From Octopus sinensis (Eukaryota): a stretch of 64,000 nt of DNA. Location: the NCBI RefSeq assembly GCF_006345805.1, contig NC_043004.1, positions 27,900,001 to 27,964,000 on the forward strand. The letters run 5' to 3'. The position numbers and the translations under genes are program-made. Below, in pieces: positions 24,576-39,722 of this stretch (positions are counted from its first letter, which is position 1; each line of letters begins with the position of its first letter). The notes below the pieces were generated by a model, which worked only from the letters and a program-made list of their open reading frames with translations, did no database searches and was not told the origin of the DNA.

Positions 24576-25344
24576 GAAAGGGGAAGGTGAGAGAGGGGGG
24601 AGAGAAAGAATATCATAATTACAAAAATTATCTTACTTTTCCCTTTCGTGTCTTTCGGTGTGTCTACAACGATTCTTCACATCATTTTAAATGGAAAACT
24701 TAATAACGTGTCAAATCTAAAAGGGATAATCGAATAATCAAAATTAAGTAAATAAAATAAAAGATGAAGGTTTTTAAATGGCAAAATATCTTGAAATTTG
24801 GTGGAATATAATAGTTTTGGTATGCTTCGGATTTCACCGATCGAGCAAAAGTGTGACAAGTTTTTACAGGGGACATGATTCTGTTAAGGTATGCAATGTG
24901 CCATTCCTTGAAAGTCCCCTTTTTTAAATAAATTATTTTACTTAATATACTACCACAATGTTACTGTACTGAATATTGCGTTCAATATATCACCATATGT
25001 TTCTGGAATATAAAGAATCTACTGTGTTATCTCAATGTTCTCATATCATTTAATTTTATTTTAAGAATGCTGCAGGTTATTTGTATAGCAGAATCAATAA
25101 ATTGCTGGCTCGGAATTCCTTCAATTACGCAATATCTCGTTACAAGTTCAAATTTTCCGCAAGCTGGAGTTTATTTTTCACTCTTTCGGGGACGCTAAAG
25201 TAGAAGCCATTTAATTATTTTTTTTCTTTCCAGTATATATTCAAAATTACTATTAATCGCTGTTTTTGCCTTGAGATATTACTTTTAAGTGACCTATTTA
25301 CATGTTTCTCAAGGTTTCTACATATAAATATAAATTTTGCTTAA

Positions 25345-25565
25345 CCCTTTAGTGTTCGCATTATTCTGCCAAAATTAATGCTTCGTCATCCACATTGTTT
25401 TGAATTAATCATGCATTATCTTATAGCTATGAGATTTTGATGAGGTAGCTGTTAATTTTTAAAACGATATTGTAGGGTTGGTGTAAGAGACCAGATCTGG
25501 CCAGTTTGACCATAAAACAGGCAGAATACTTTTGGCCGGATATGGCCGGTTTAAATGCTAAAGGG
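25345..25565. mobile_element. piggyBac-type MITE (221 bp)
   Basis: TTAA-CCCTTTAG...CTAAAGGG-TTAA: TTAA TSD at 25341-25344 and 25566-25569, with CCC/GGG termini. Confidence 0.85.
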
Positions 25566-28500
25566 TTAAACAATTCTTTTAACTTCTTTCATTATTGGGA
25601 AACTGCCTGCACTTCTCAGCCAAAAGGAAGCGACAGAGCGATCTTTACAAAGGACTCGTACCATAGACGGACCCATCCTACTGGCGACAAGTGTTCCACA
25701 AAACTTCACAAGACTGTAATGTTCGGACTCTGAATTAGCTATTGCATAACAGCTTCATCTCTCTCTGCGCATCAAGGAAAGACCCGACTGTTATCTCGGA
25801 CCAGCAGGGATTTTTGGAAATCATCATAGTTTATAGGCCGAAGGTTCTTCAATACAGCCCAGCAGGTTGATTCGCGTCGGCGCTTAGAGTTTTCTTGAAA
25901 AGATCTTCACTTTCCCCACCCCTATTCCCTATACAATACCGGCGTGAAAGTCCTCCAACCGCATTACCTGAGTACCTAATAATATTCCAGATGCCAGCCA
26001 GCCAGCCAGCCAGCCACCTAATCTTGGTTTTCGCCTGACGCAAAATTGCAGTTCTTTTGACGAAATGATTATACAAAGATGTTGCTGACTAAGACCGGTC
26101 ATAGCTACTCACTTTCTAAGAATTGCTTTAGATGCAGCAGACTAATTGCTTGTCTGTGCATTAAAACAACGGCATACCGAGTCCTCCCTTCAGAAGATGT
26201 TGAGAATAGACGCTCAACCTGACAAGTGGAACGTGCCCCTTTCACAAGAACCGGCTCGATTTCGACCCCACTAAAGTTTGTTCAGTTCACTTATGTTGCT
26301 AATGTCCTTGACAAAGTCACGAACATTTCACACTATCTTTCTCTCTTCTGATTAAAAAATTCACATTTCTGAGTGAATCCATGTCTGAAATAAGTACAAC
26401 AAAATCAATTAATCAGGATTGATATTCAACTCGTTTCAGAGTAGCCATTATCGAGCCACATACAAGTATGGCTTCTGTCATGTTCAGTGATCGAACACTG
26501 GAAAACGGCATTACCTTATCGCGTAGAAAGGATTGAATTGAGTGCAAGCCAAAGAAACATTTCGAATATGCTTCTCTGTAATAGTGATGAATACACCCAG
26601 CTTCCTTAGCCTAGATATTAATGCACAGCATCAGCTGACCTCGCACGAACAACTGAGGCAGATTTTATGTTTTCATTCAAACTGCTAGAAATAGTAAGCA
26701 AATTTCTACTCAAACTACACTTTATCATTTCGAAAATAGAAGAGCCCACTGGATAACGAAGTCCTAGAGAAATTATAATTATAATTGCCCGCGAAAAATT
26801 ATAATTGGAATGATTTTGATCAAAGATTTGTTCAATCAGGACTAACTTGGTAATAAAAAATCAACAACTTAGCGACTTTTGGATTCGGCTGTTGATTACT
26901 CTCAGTAAATTGACTTCTATCTTTCTTTTGCCAAATGTAATTCGAAGGCGATGTAATGTTTTCTTCGTGGCACTATTCGAAAGGATCGATATACTGGTGT
27001 AGTCTACTCGTTAGTGGATTTTTCGTGAATCCAGTGTATAACACAGTACTACATCTTTTTTCGAAATTGATCTAGTGCCTTCTTTTCGTGTTGTTTAAAA
27101 GAATTGACACGATGCTATAGTTTTTTCTTAAGTTAATTTTCTGTGAATCCAATGCAGGATATAGTACTGCATTTTATTTTTCCTTTTAGAGGTTACTGAT
27201 GCAGTTATCCAATTTAGTGGTTAACCATGCAGTTATTATGCAATAGACACCATTCAAAATTTCATCAGTTACAATTATCACCTCTTCGATTTGTAATGTT
27301 TTGAAGAACGTTGTGCTTATGCAACAAAATATTTCCTTGTAGGAAATGATTGTGGAAGGCTTGCATATCTTTCCCGTCGAATGGTTTATGTTGATTGTTG
27401 TCTGTGATGAAATGAATTTAGATTAAAGAGAGGCATTGTTTTACTACACAGGTTATAACGTCTTTAATAAACAACAAATTAAAGCAGGCTCTATTTCTCT
27501 TTCTCTTGTAATGGCTGTGTAGTTTGTTGTAGGAAAGATATATATTTCTGCGTTTCGAAGTGGTTATAGGTGAATGTCTTGTACTTATGCTCAACCTTGT
27601 GATAAGTTGCTTCATCCCTGGAAAGACAGCTAACACATTTGTATATTGCTATCAATAAGTATTTAATAACATTTCATGAATAGTAAGAATCTGAAAGCAT
27701 CTAGATATGCATGCATGTATGCAAGCATTCATGTATGTATATATGTATGCATGTATGTATGCATGTATGTATGTATGTATGTATGTATGTATGTATGTAT
27801 GTATGTATGTATGTATGTATGTATGTATGTATGTATGTATGTATGTATGTATGTATGTATGTATGTGTGTGTGTGTGCGTTATAAATCAATAATCTATCA
27901 CGTAACTCTCACTGCATGACAGAACTGATGATACGCCAAACAAATATTTCACTTTAATTACACTTTACTTATATTAAAATGCTACTGCGATATATTTTGT
28001 CTTCTTAATTTTTGGAGTCTATAAAATATAACCCAATTAATTACTGAATTCATCTTTTCTCTTCCGTTCGTATTACAGAATGATTTGTAGAAATATTAAT
28101 TCATCCAATGCTGGTACATAATTTTATTGACCCTCAGGAAAATAAATCCAGAACATAAAGGGGGCCATTTTATGCGATTTCTATCTGCGAATCCATCGAT
28201 TAAAATGCCCTATTGCAAGTTACGTCAATAGTTTAGTTTTAGAATCCCACCATAACCTTATGGACACACAGTATAACTGACGCTGGCTGTGTGAATAATA
28301 TAAGAACTCCTTGCAACCACCATGTTCCAGGTTTTACTCACATACCCGTCAATTACACACTCTCGCATGCACTTTGCTGGATATCGCGGGCTAACCAATT
28401 AACCGCTGGGAACCGATCAACAGAAGTACAAGGCACAGGGCCCTTCCAGAACTATGGACAAGACGCTGGTAGGGGAAAATGGTGTTGCGGCTGTCGATAA

Positions 28501-28569
28501 ACTTGACATTAATGATGGGAAAAGATATGTAGTACCTCTATCATCGTGACTGAGGTGTTAGGTTGTGGC

Positions 28570-28570
28570 T

Positions 28571-28635
<65 letters not shown>

Positions 28636-28663
28636 TGTTGTTGTTGTTGTTGTTGATGATGAA

Positions 28664-28711
<48 letters not shown>

Positions 28712-29350
28712 AATGACGATGATGAAGAACCATCTCCAACAGAGACAGAAACTGCTTGGAAGCCAAGAAAGATCTGAAGTAAAAAAACAAAACTAAAAGT
28801 TACATAAGTTATCAACAAGTGTTACATGAATTTTCTTCCTTATTATTTCCTCATTGCAGAATATATTTTCACTCATAATACCAGCTGCAGCAGCTGTTCA
28901 AGAATTTGGACCTGGAGATCTCCATTTCCAGCCTCCCAGTAGTGTCGGGCGTCAACTAAGAGGCCTCGACTACAAGACGACCAAAGTTTTTTTTTTTCCA
29001 GGGTCTGGGGTCTCCCGCCCCTAAGCCCTAGACCATCACCCAATCACCCTTACCCGGCTTGTTGCTTAACAACAACAACAACAGCAGCAGCAGCAGCAGC
29101 AGTACTAGCACCACCAATAACAACAACAACAAAAAAAACAACAGCAACAACAACAACAGCACTACCACCGTCGTCACCGCTGCCACCACCACCACCAGCA
29201 GCAACAACACTGCCGCTGCCGTCACTATCACCACTACTAACACCACCACTAACAACAACACTACCGCCGTCGTCACCACCACCACTACCACCACTACCAC
29301 CACTACCACCACTAACAACAACAACACTACCGCCGTCATTAACACCACCA
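28570..29350. repeat. Compound trinucleotide arrays (GTA/GTT/GAT at 28570-28725; AAC/AGC/ACC at 29065-29350)
   Basis: Directly visible. Confidence 0.95.
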
Positions 29351-30251
29351 CTGCTCCATTACTCCCATTAACCTTTCACCATACTTATCTTTCTTTCAGG
29401 ATTTCTTTTCCTTTCTTCTCGCGTTCTTTTATTCATTCTTCCTTCTTTCTTTTCTTATTCCCTTCCTTTCATTCTATACTTATTTTTCTTTCATTCCTTC
29501 GTGTCTGTTTCCCTTATATTCTCTCTTCTGTCACCATATGTTCTATCCTCTTCCTCTCTCTCCTCTCTCTCTCCCCTCCTTCCCTCTCTCCCTATATTCT
29601 TCTCTCTCTCTTTCCTTGTCTATCTCCCTCTCTCCCTTATTCTTATTGTTCCATATCCAGGCAATCTCTTCAGCACTCTCCACTACATTTCCTTCTTATT
29701 CCCATCGAGCTGAATAACCCTGAGAAATACTTCCGTGCCCCACACCCCTCCTCTCCAACACGTCAATTACCCTCAGCTAGTTTGCATAAATATTTTGAGG
29801 GTAACGAAAAAAAAAGGAAGAGAAAGAATCAAAAACAAAAAAAAAATGGAGCCAGAATGAGCTAAAGAAGAAAAAGAAAGGGAAAGAGAAAAGCGGAAAG
29901 AAAGAAAGAGAGAGAAGGAAACAGAGAAGTATATCTCATGGTAGTCGATGGCCGATTTATTCGGCTGTCACATAAATTTGTAAGAATTAGTGATGCAAGA
30001 CTTCGAAGGAATTTGAAAACATATATTCACATGAATGATTCCTTAGAGCCACATTAAGAGTAACGTCTGTCACAGAAGCCAAAACCCCAACGTGAGGAAT
30101 CGTTTTGATAATTCTTCCATTTTTCAAACATCTAACGGCATCTTTCAATGGCAATTAGCATCTAAATGAAAAGTTTATAAACATATACACAAGGATAAAT
30201 TATTAATTAATTAATTAAGCAACATTACAAATCTATGTACCGATCTGTTAC

Positions 30252-30283
<32 letters not shown>

Positions 30284-30284
30284 T

Positions 30285-30318
<34 letters not shown>

Positions 30319-30511
30319 GCCTCTCTCTCTCTCTCTCTCTCTTTCGCTCTCTCTCTCTCTCTCTCACCAGCTCGTACTCCCTCAGTCTACCTCCTTCCTC
30401 CTTTGTGCGTGTGTTTATATATAAATGTTTACGTACGTGTGTGTGTGTAGGTGTATGCATACATACTGACTGATAGACAGACAGATTGACAGACAGACAG
30501 ACAGACAGTCA

Positions 30512-30513
30512 GA

Positions 30514-30600
<87 letters not shown>

Positions 30601-30798
30601 TTATCCTCGTGAGTACCGTTGGCGATTTTTTTTCTCTTCCCTTCTACGGATCTTTCCTTCTCCTATGTTTCCGACGAAGAGCTCCGCTCGAAACGTTAAA
30701 CCCTCCTTCTTTCCTTCTTTCCTGAACGTCCAATAATACTATATTTGTTCCACGTCCTCGCGTTGTTGTGTTTTTTGTGTTTTCTCGTTTGGATTAAC

Positions 30799-30869
<71 letters not shown>

Positions 30870-31118
30870 TTAACTATATGGATTAACTATATGGATTAAC
30901 TATATATATTATATATATATAGTTAATCCAAACGAGAAAACACAAAAACACAACAACGCGAGGACGTGGAACAAATATAGTATTATTGGACGTTCAGGAA
31001 AGAAGGAAAGAAGGAGGGTTTAACGTTTCGAGCGGAGCTCTTCGTCGGAAACATAGGAGAAGGAAAGATCCGTAGAAGGGAAGAGGAAAAAAATCGCCAA
31101 CGGTACTCACGAGGATAA

Positions 31119-31209
<91 letters not shown>
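30512..31209. repeat. Near-perfect ~290-bp-arm palindrome of a PLE pseudo-LTR remnant (HHR cores at 30667-30701 + and 31018-31052 -) including its (ATCT)n flank
   Basis: 30601-30806 is the reverse complement of 30916-31118; differences are only at homopolymer runs. The centre is (TA)n plus repeats of ggattaactatat. Confidence 0.92.
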
Positions 31210-31210
<1 letters not shown>

Positions 31211-31663
31211 GTATTAATCTTTGACGTTTACGTGTTTCAGTCACCAGATTACGACCAAGCTAAGGCATCACCATCAAGGATTTAGTTGAATAAATCGGTA
31301 GTGGTACGTATATCTTTAAAGTCTGTTACATATTCTATAGTGACTTTCGCAGGACTTCTAAGTTACTGGACGTAAACAAACCGATAATGGTTTTTTTCCG
31401 TACCGAAGCTACTTGATAAAATTTTTTAATTATTAAATTAATAATTCTTTACCCTATATCTATAATGATAATTTCACTCCCTGATAGCAAATTGCAGTTT
31501 TTTTCTGTGGTACTATCTCGTGATGCACATGGTGAAATTGAGAAGGATGGGAATTACACGTCTATATAAATTCGGAAATGCTGTTTATCTTAAGTAATGA
31601 TCGATGTCGCTTGATCGAACGTGCATGAATTTCGTTAGCATTTTCAAATTTATAATCGTGAAT

Positions 31664-31720
31664 ATCATGCTGACGAAGGAAATGAATTTTACAATTCTAA
31701 TCCCGAAACGCGTACACGAT
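31664..31720 (+). ncRNA. Type I hammerhead ribozyme candidate (orphan)
   Basis: ATCATG-CTGACGA-a-GGA..TCC-c-GAA-ACGCGT-A-CACGAT. Stem I is 5/6 bp, stem III is a palindrome, triplet GUA, and loop 2 holds a gaatt/aattc hairpin. Confidence 0.65.
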
Positions 31721-31898
31721 TAACGAAGGACAGGTTACTTTCGTTATTTTTCGTCTTTTTGCCTGTGTGAGTTACGAGTATTACTGTCTGTGGAAGTATA
31801 TTATAGTAGAAGAATTAGTAGTTTTGACTGCTATTTCTAAATTTTCGGTATGTAATGAAGCAACTTTTTGCTAATCCCCTTAATTATGTTTATATATA

Positions 31899-31931
<33 letters not shown>

Positions 31932-31956
31932 GATAGATAGATAGATAGATAAATAA

Positions 31957-32016
<60 letters not shown>

Positions 32017-32289
32017 GTAGATATATTACGTAAGTATGTATTAATGTGCACATGCATGCATGTACGCGCTTGTATCTTTGTGTTTCTGTTGTGTTTCCCT
32101 CCACCAGTGTTTGGTAACTGGTATTGGTTTGTTTACGTCCCGTAACTTAGAGGTTCTGCGAAAGTCACGTACCAGCGCCGATTTATTCAACTAAACCCTT
32201 GATGGTAGTGACCTAGCCTGGCCGTAGTTTGGTGACTGAAACATTCCCCTGTTAAAAAAGGGCCACAGAATGAACTTAATCCTCCAAAC

Positions 32290-33110
32290 ATCACAAAAGG
32301 CAAGAGACAACCCAAATCTATGAAAAGTCCCCGAACCCAAGCCCGAATATCCTCAACGACAACACTGAAGCCGTCAGTAAAAAAATGTGAAAGACCCAAC
32401 TGTGGGATATGCATCAATTTATTTGAGGGACCAGAGTTCTCCTTCAAACAGGGACAACGTTTAACAATGAAAAGCAGCATCACATGTGGTTCAGTGAACC
32501 TGATATACGCACTAACCAGCTCTGGGTGTCAAGAGCAATATACAGGCCAAACAAAAAACAGTCTACGTAAAAGAATGGCTCTGCACAGATCCCAGATCAA
32601 AATTCCCCAAAACAGAAAAATAGCATTGAGCCAACACATAAAAATAGCATTCAGCGGATTCAAAACACATATTGTCATTAATTATATATGAAATATATAA
32701 TTAATGACACATATTGTCATTAATTATATATGAAATATATAATTAATGAGAATATGTATTTTGAATCCGCTTTTCGATTTAAGGTTTTTCCTCGATTTTT
32801 ATAATTTATGATTTATAATTTATATTGAATTCATTGATTTTGTTTATTTTGTTTATCGCATGCTTAAGACATTTATTTTAAAGGACCGATGAAATAAATC
32901 CATTTTTAAAGGTGTATCCTTTAACTAGTTTTGATCATATTGTTATTTCTGTTCTACTTTAACAAAACTGTCCGACGAAAGGGAGCGTGAAACTCTGAGT
33001 AACAGCTTCTGTTATATTTCTGCTGCTTTTAAATAAAGCATATTACTCTATCTCTAATATTTGAGTACTCTCTTTTCCACCTTGTTTCACCTTTATGTGC
33101 CTACTCCGGT
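32290..33110 (+). mobile_element. Penelope/Poseidon-type PLE 3' remnant: GIY-YIG fragment, 3' region and HHR (32964-33005)
   Basis: ORF 32320-32691: KCERPNCGIC..SITCGSVNLIYALT..GCQEQYTGQTKNSLRKRMALH (GIY-YIG with Cys linker). The 3' end is homologous to 13640-13878. HHR: ctgt-CCGACGA..GAAACTCTGAGT-A-ACAG. Confidence 0.8.
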
Positions 33111-33119
33111 ATATATATG

Positions 33120-33230
<111 letters not shown>

Positions 33231-33247
33231 ATATATATATATATATA

Positions 33248-33496
33248 TACTATTAATATAGGATGAAATTTTGTTTTGAGAAAAAACTTTCATCAAAAAG
33301 TGGCAGCATATTAAAATACCTTTAAAGGCTAAAATTTTATAAACAAGGGCAAAAGAAAAATTATGCATATTGGCATGGAAATAATTTCTCTTTTACCCTT
33401 GTTTATAAGTTGTTTATAAAATTTTAATCTTTTTAATATGCTGCAACTTTTTGATGAAATTTTGTTTTGAAAAAATTTCATCCTATATTAATAGTA
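33248..33496. repeat. Fold-back (~117-bp arms, 16-nt spacer) of a repeat-family 3' end
   Basis: tactattaatataggatgaaatt... vs ...aatttcatcctatattaatagta; spacer gcatattggcatggaa at 33365-33380. The family recurs at 33717-33907 and 44481-45064. Confidence 0.85.
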
Positions 33497-33909
33497 GATT
33501 TATTACCATTCACTTAGGGACTGGTAAATACTATAAGCTGTGGTATGGAATAGTTCACACGTGTGCTGAGGCTAGTTAAAGGATTTTATATTTAGATATA
33601 ACTGGGGTACTTATGTCTACACATGACTTTTGATTCTGCCTTTTTCCATGGGTGCATGTAAATATTTCATTTATTTCTTATCGTATTTTCTACTGAAGAG
33701 GAAAAAATCCATGGGATTAATTCGGAAAACGATTCAATATAGAAGTAACGAACTTTAAAAAAAAAATTTCTGTTGACTAGCTTCTCCGATTTCAGCAGGA
33801 CGTATATTTATAGTGAGTGTAGAATGATATGTGGAAATTGACGATTTAAAATCTGTTATCAGCATATTGGCATGGAAATAATTTTTCGTTTGCCCTTGTT
33901 TATAAGTTG

Positions 33910-33984
<75 letters not shown>

Positions 33985-34181
33985 TATAACCAGCCGAAAT
34001 TGCAAAGATAATCTGGAACTCGACTGAGGAAAGAGAACTCCAAATGACCCGTCCTTGTTTTCTTTGTATCGTGTATCTGGATGTTTTGTTGTCCCATCAC
34101 CTAACTGTCTGGGTGTTTTGCGTTCTTGTCTCATTTTGTATTATATATATATATATATATACATACATACATACATATATA

Positions 34182-34273
<92 letters not shown>

Positions 34274-35103
34274 ATATACCACACACACACTTATATATAT
34301 ATATATATATATATTTGTACGTATGTTTATGTGCAAATGTATATATACTGATACAATATGCAGAGAATGAGAGATAGAGACGACTGAGTGAGAGAGAAAG
34401 AGAAGGAGAGAGAAAGAGAAGGAGAGAGAAACAACACAATCAGTGCATAAGTTGGTTGTATTCTACAATGTATAGACACACAAAGTTGGTCTAATATGAA
34501 AAGAACAAAAATGAAAGTCGTGAAATTTTCATAACACTTGATTCGAACTCCGACCGATTTGCAGAACTCCATAGAAATATACTTTACAGCATTCACATCG
34601 CCTCCACTACACGTTCTTTCTATTGCGTTATTTTTGTTCTTTCTTCCCATTTCAACCGAAGAAAATCGTATTGCTTGAATATAATATAATTAATTGACTA
34701 ACTATTGTTATCTTCCTCCTTGCTGATGGACGTGTAACAAACAGAAATTGGTTGTCTGTGTATACAGGATAACAATGAAATACTAAATATTAAATTTGTA
34801 AATGTAAAGAATAAGTTAAATACATTTCATATGCATTTTTCCAATACAGGAAGACAGAATGAAGCAGTAATTACAAAATATAAAGGTGTCACTCATGTCA
34901 ATGATAGATCTTAATCGCATAAAGGGAGACTCGTGATAAGACATACAACACAGATGTCTGTCCTTAACAACACAATAATAATTGTATTATATTCAGAATG
35001 AGTAATTTTATTCAAGCCTTTAAGATTCTCGCAGCGAAACAAAGTATCTCTGATATTAAACAGAAGATGCTGAATGTTATATATAAAGATGTTATATGTA
35101 TAT

Positions 35104-35153
<50 letters not shown>

Positions 35154-35205
35154 ATATATATATATATATATATATGTATGTTTTATTATTAATTGTTATT
35201 ATATA

Positions 35206-35256
<51 letters not shown>

Positions 35257-35332
35257 GCATACATACATATATATACATGTATACATATATAAATGTATAT
35301 ATATGTATATATGTATGTAAATGCATGTATGT

Positions 35333-35364
<32 letters not shown>

Positions 35365-35370
35365 GATATA

Positions 35371-35409
<39 letters not shown>

Positions 35410-35499
35410 TATATATAATAACAAATTAATAAATAAAACATATGTATATATACATAAATATATGTACATACCTACATCTATATGTATATATACATGCAT

Positions 35500-36000
35500 A
35501 TATGGGTACAGGACACTAAAAAACGTAGAACACAATGAGAAACGAAAACAAAAATAAAAACATGGAAACGGACTTTTTCAAACAACGAAAAAAACAGAGT
35601 ACAAGAAATACAACACAAGGAATATTCCTCTTCTTCAGCTGCCCATTGATTTGACTACTCCGTGTTTCGCAGGTTAGGACAAGACACGACTTTCTGGAAA
35701 CAATCCTTCCCGCAAAGCAAATTAATAGAATTTGGGATTTTTTGCGGAGGGGTAAAAGTGGTGACAAGAACAGGACAGTAAAAACAAGACAAGGCAGTAA
35801 AAGCAATACAAATAAAAACAGTAAAAGACAGGACAATAACACAGTAAAAAGAAATAATAAGAGCTTTTAAGCCGAGACGATGGAAAAATTATTTTGAACA
35901 CATTGAGAAAACGACTCACTAGGACAGAAACCTTGTAGACTTGTTGAAGGCAGTAGTCAGAAAGAAAGTTAGTCACCCTCTGGTCAGCGACGAGAAGGAA
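35500..36000 (-). mobile_element. PLE-like non-coding repeat (homologous to 18030-18760)
   Basis: See 18030-18760. Confidence 0.55.
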
Positions 36001-36061
36001 TGTATATATATATATGCATGTTATACACACACACACATACACACATATGTATATATATATA

Positions 36062-36092
<31 letters not shown>

Positions 36093-36101
36093 CCTTACAC
36101 T

Positions 36102-36135
<34 letters not shown>

Positions 36136-36136
36136 C

Positions 36137-36168
<32 letters not shown>

Positions 36169-36491
36169 GCATGTATGTATGTATATGTATATAAAACTTA
36201 GATATGTTTCGACCAAAGATTGGTCCAGGCCATGTCCGACTTAATAGCACCACCTGTATATATATATGTATATATATGTATATATATATATGTATGTATG
36301 TATGTATGTGTATGTGTATGTATGTATGTATGTATGTATGTGTGTGTGTGTGTGTGTGGGTATGTGTGTGTGAGAGAGAGTAATTGTAATTATACTATGT
36401 TCTCAAAGTGATTTTAGTATTTTTAAAATTCTGGTAAAACAAATTCGAAAACGAAATATACATAGATACATAAATACATACGCACGCACAC

Positions 36492-36527
<36 letters not shown>

Positions 36528-36637
36528 TACACACAAAACATACACACACGCATACATTTATACCCATGTACCTGAATATGAATGTTTAAATGTTTCTGTC
36601 AATCAAACTAACTTGTACTATTTCTGCATATATGCCG

Positions 36638-36748
<111 letters not shown>

Positions 36749-36800
36749 CGTCAACGCACCTACTTACCTACCTACGTATCTACCTTCCAACTTACCTACT

Positions 36801-36879
<79 letters not shown>

Positions 36880-37416
36880 GCTAGCTAGCTAGCTAGCTAT
36901 CTGTCTATCTGTCTGTCTGTCTATTTTTACATGTCTTTCTATGTATACCTGTCTATGCACACTCACACTCTTATAACACTTATATTAATACAGTCGCGCA
37001 CGCACGTACACATGCACACACACACACACACACACACATTCACACACACACACCCGCACTCTGTTTTTCTCTCTATTTTTCTCATTCTCCTCTCTCCCAT
37101 CCTCCCTTTCAGATATCCTAATCCTTAACAGTAGCAGTTTATTGAGAATATTTACACAGTTTCTTGTATTAGCATTGTAATATATACAATGTTCCACATC
37201 TACTTATATTGTCACGTCTGGTGACGATGTGTGTGCGCGTGCATTTGTGTGTAAGTGCGTGTGTATGCGTGTGTGCGTGATATTCTTACGTGGCTGTGTG
37301 TGCGTGTGTGCGTGCCTACATGGTTTTTAGATTTTATTTGTGTTTGGTATATATAAACGTCGAGTGTTTGTAAGACGCGTCTTCGGTGTTTATATAGCTC
37401 GCGCGCGCGTATGTGC

Positions 37417-37496
<80 letters not shown>

Positions 37497-37558
37497 GTAC
37501 GTGTATGTGTGTGAATGTGTTTATGCATATATACAGTGAAGAAAGACAGAAACAGAGA

Positions 37559-37598
<40 letters not shown>

Positions 37599-38103
37599 TA
37601 GCTACAAAGACATACATATGTACATACGTATGTACATGTATATATGTATGCATGTATGTATGTATGTACACAATGTCAACGTTGCGATGGTGGTTGAGAT
37701 GGTGAGGGGGGAGTGCGAGGTGTGTGTGTGTGCGTGTGTGTATGTGTATGTGTGTGCGCGTGTGTGTGTGTGTGTGTGCGTGTGTCGCAAATAATAGAGA
37801 ACAATGACTTTGAGAGGTGAGTGCAGATAGATGTTCTCAGTGTAGCAGGAGAGATAGCAGAACAACAACAACAACAACACCAACACCAACAACTGCTAGT
37901 AGTTTGTTGGAGGAGTTGGGAGAACGTTAGAGACACCAGATGAACTTACAGAAATCTTTGTTCTTGATATCTTAGGTGAGAGAGATTGATTGATGGTGGT
38001 GGGGATGGTGTGTGTGTGTGTGTGTGGTGGGAGGGTGGAGAATTCAGCGTAGGTGCTGCTGCATCACCTTTGACAGGATGAAGAAGAAATGTATTGCATG
38101 TAT

Positions 38104-38144
<41 letters not shown>

Positions 38145-38146
38145 TA

Positions 38147-38188
<42 letters not shown>

Positions 38189-38208
38189 CAGCAGTAGTAG
38201 TAGTAGTT

Positions 38209-38241
<33 letters not shown>

Positions 38242-38866
38242 ACCTGGAAGACGGCGTTTGAGAATGTCTTCTACTAATGACGGGATGCCAAAATGCTGCC
38301 AACTCACAGGCCAAAAGAACATTTCAACATTGCAAATTGTATGGTTAGAAGAACAAAACACACAGTAATTTTTATACATCTGTCTGTCTGCTTGCTGGTC
38401 TTTGGAGTCGTGTTGTGTGGCGGTGGGTCGGTCGGTGGAGATAGACAGTTCCGATGTGTAAGGGAGTGGTGATGTACACCAGCCTTGAATGAATTTCGAG
38501 TTCAAAAAGGACAGCCAATAAGTGAAAGACTCTCATTTGAAGTTTATATTGGAGTTCAGCTGCTTTCACTCATTGCTGTCTTAATGTTTATGTTGAACTT
38601 ATTATTATTAATCAGTACAAGCTGAAAACGCTATACATCAAGTCTTTTATATATCATCACAACATATGCTTCTGCAACCTCTGAACTAACACTCTGTTGA
38701 CGTACCGATCCATACAAATACAGCTGACACACCGCTCCAAATAAATAGATACTTTTGATACACCATTGTACACATGTACATTGTTCACACCCATCTCTCT
38801 CCCAAATGTAGGTATGTATATATTTATGTTTGTATGTATGTGTATCTCTCTCTCTCTCTCTCTCTC

Positions 38867-38929
<63 letters not shown>

Positions 38930-39092
38930 TAGTAAAAAGTGAAAAAACTACAGAAGGCTTGTTTAAAAAGGTTAAAAAATATATAGTTGAGTCATTATGT
39001 CTGAAGAATGTTATAAATTTTTTTCATACAATGACATAGCTTTTAAAGAAATGACCGGTTTCGCGTTCAGCTTTTCAAATTTCTTACATCGT

Positions 39093-39147
<55 letters not shown>

Positions 39148-39160
39148 TAATCCAAACAAG

Positions 39161-39209
<49 letters not shown>

Positions 39210-39247
39210 ATTGAGGGAGATAAATTATATTAATTTTAATATATATA

Positions 39248-39315
<68 letters not shown>

Positions 39316-39344
39316 TATATATATACATATATATAATATATATA

Positions 39345-39400
<56 letters not shown>

Positions 39401-39722
39401 ATCTAGTCTTTCTCATTCGCAAAATGAGCCCACCATAATTTTGCTCAGATTGCTTTCAATTTTGGTGTATCGATGCAACTCTGGATTTTGATTACGATCA
39501 ACCAATTACTTTACCTCGTAAATTAAAGAATCTGATGTTAGTTAAAGTTTGGAAATTTGGGTAATTTTAGCCAATCAAGAGACTTTAGCAGCTTGTAACT
39601 GTGACAACCACACGCTGCGCTGTGGTTCACTGTTGTCTGTGCCGCTGTTGTCTATGATGATTTTTCACACTTAATTCTTCACATCGTGAGATTCTTTTCA
39701 CCAGTGTGGTTTTGCTTTGATT

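Noticed and set aside
29028-29865. 268-aa and 107-aa ORFs that look like mucin or TM proteins
   Set aside because: Triplet and CT-rich low-complexity sequence; no domain or splice support.
34327-34650. 107-aa minus-strand ORF MGRKNKNN..
   Set aside because: Second half is microsatellite; first half has no recognisable motif.
36195-36235. GACCAA-tct-TTGGTC-GAAAC on the minus strand, HHR-like
   Set aside because: The CUGANGA core is absent, so it was not counted.
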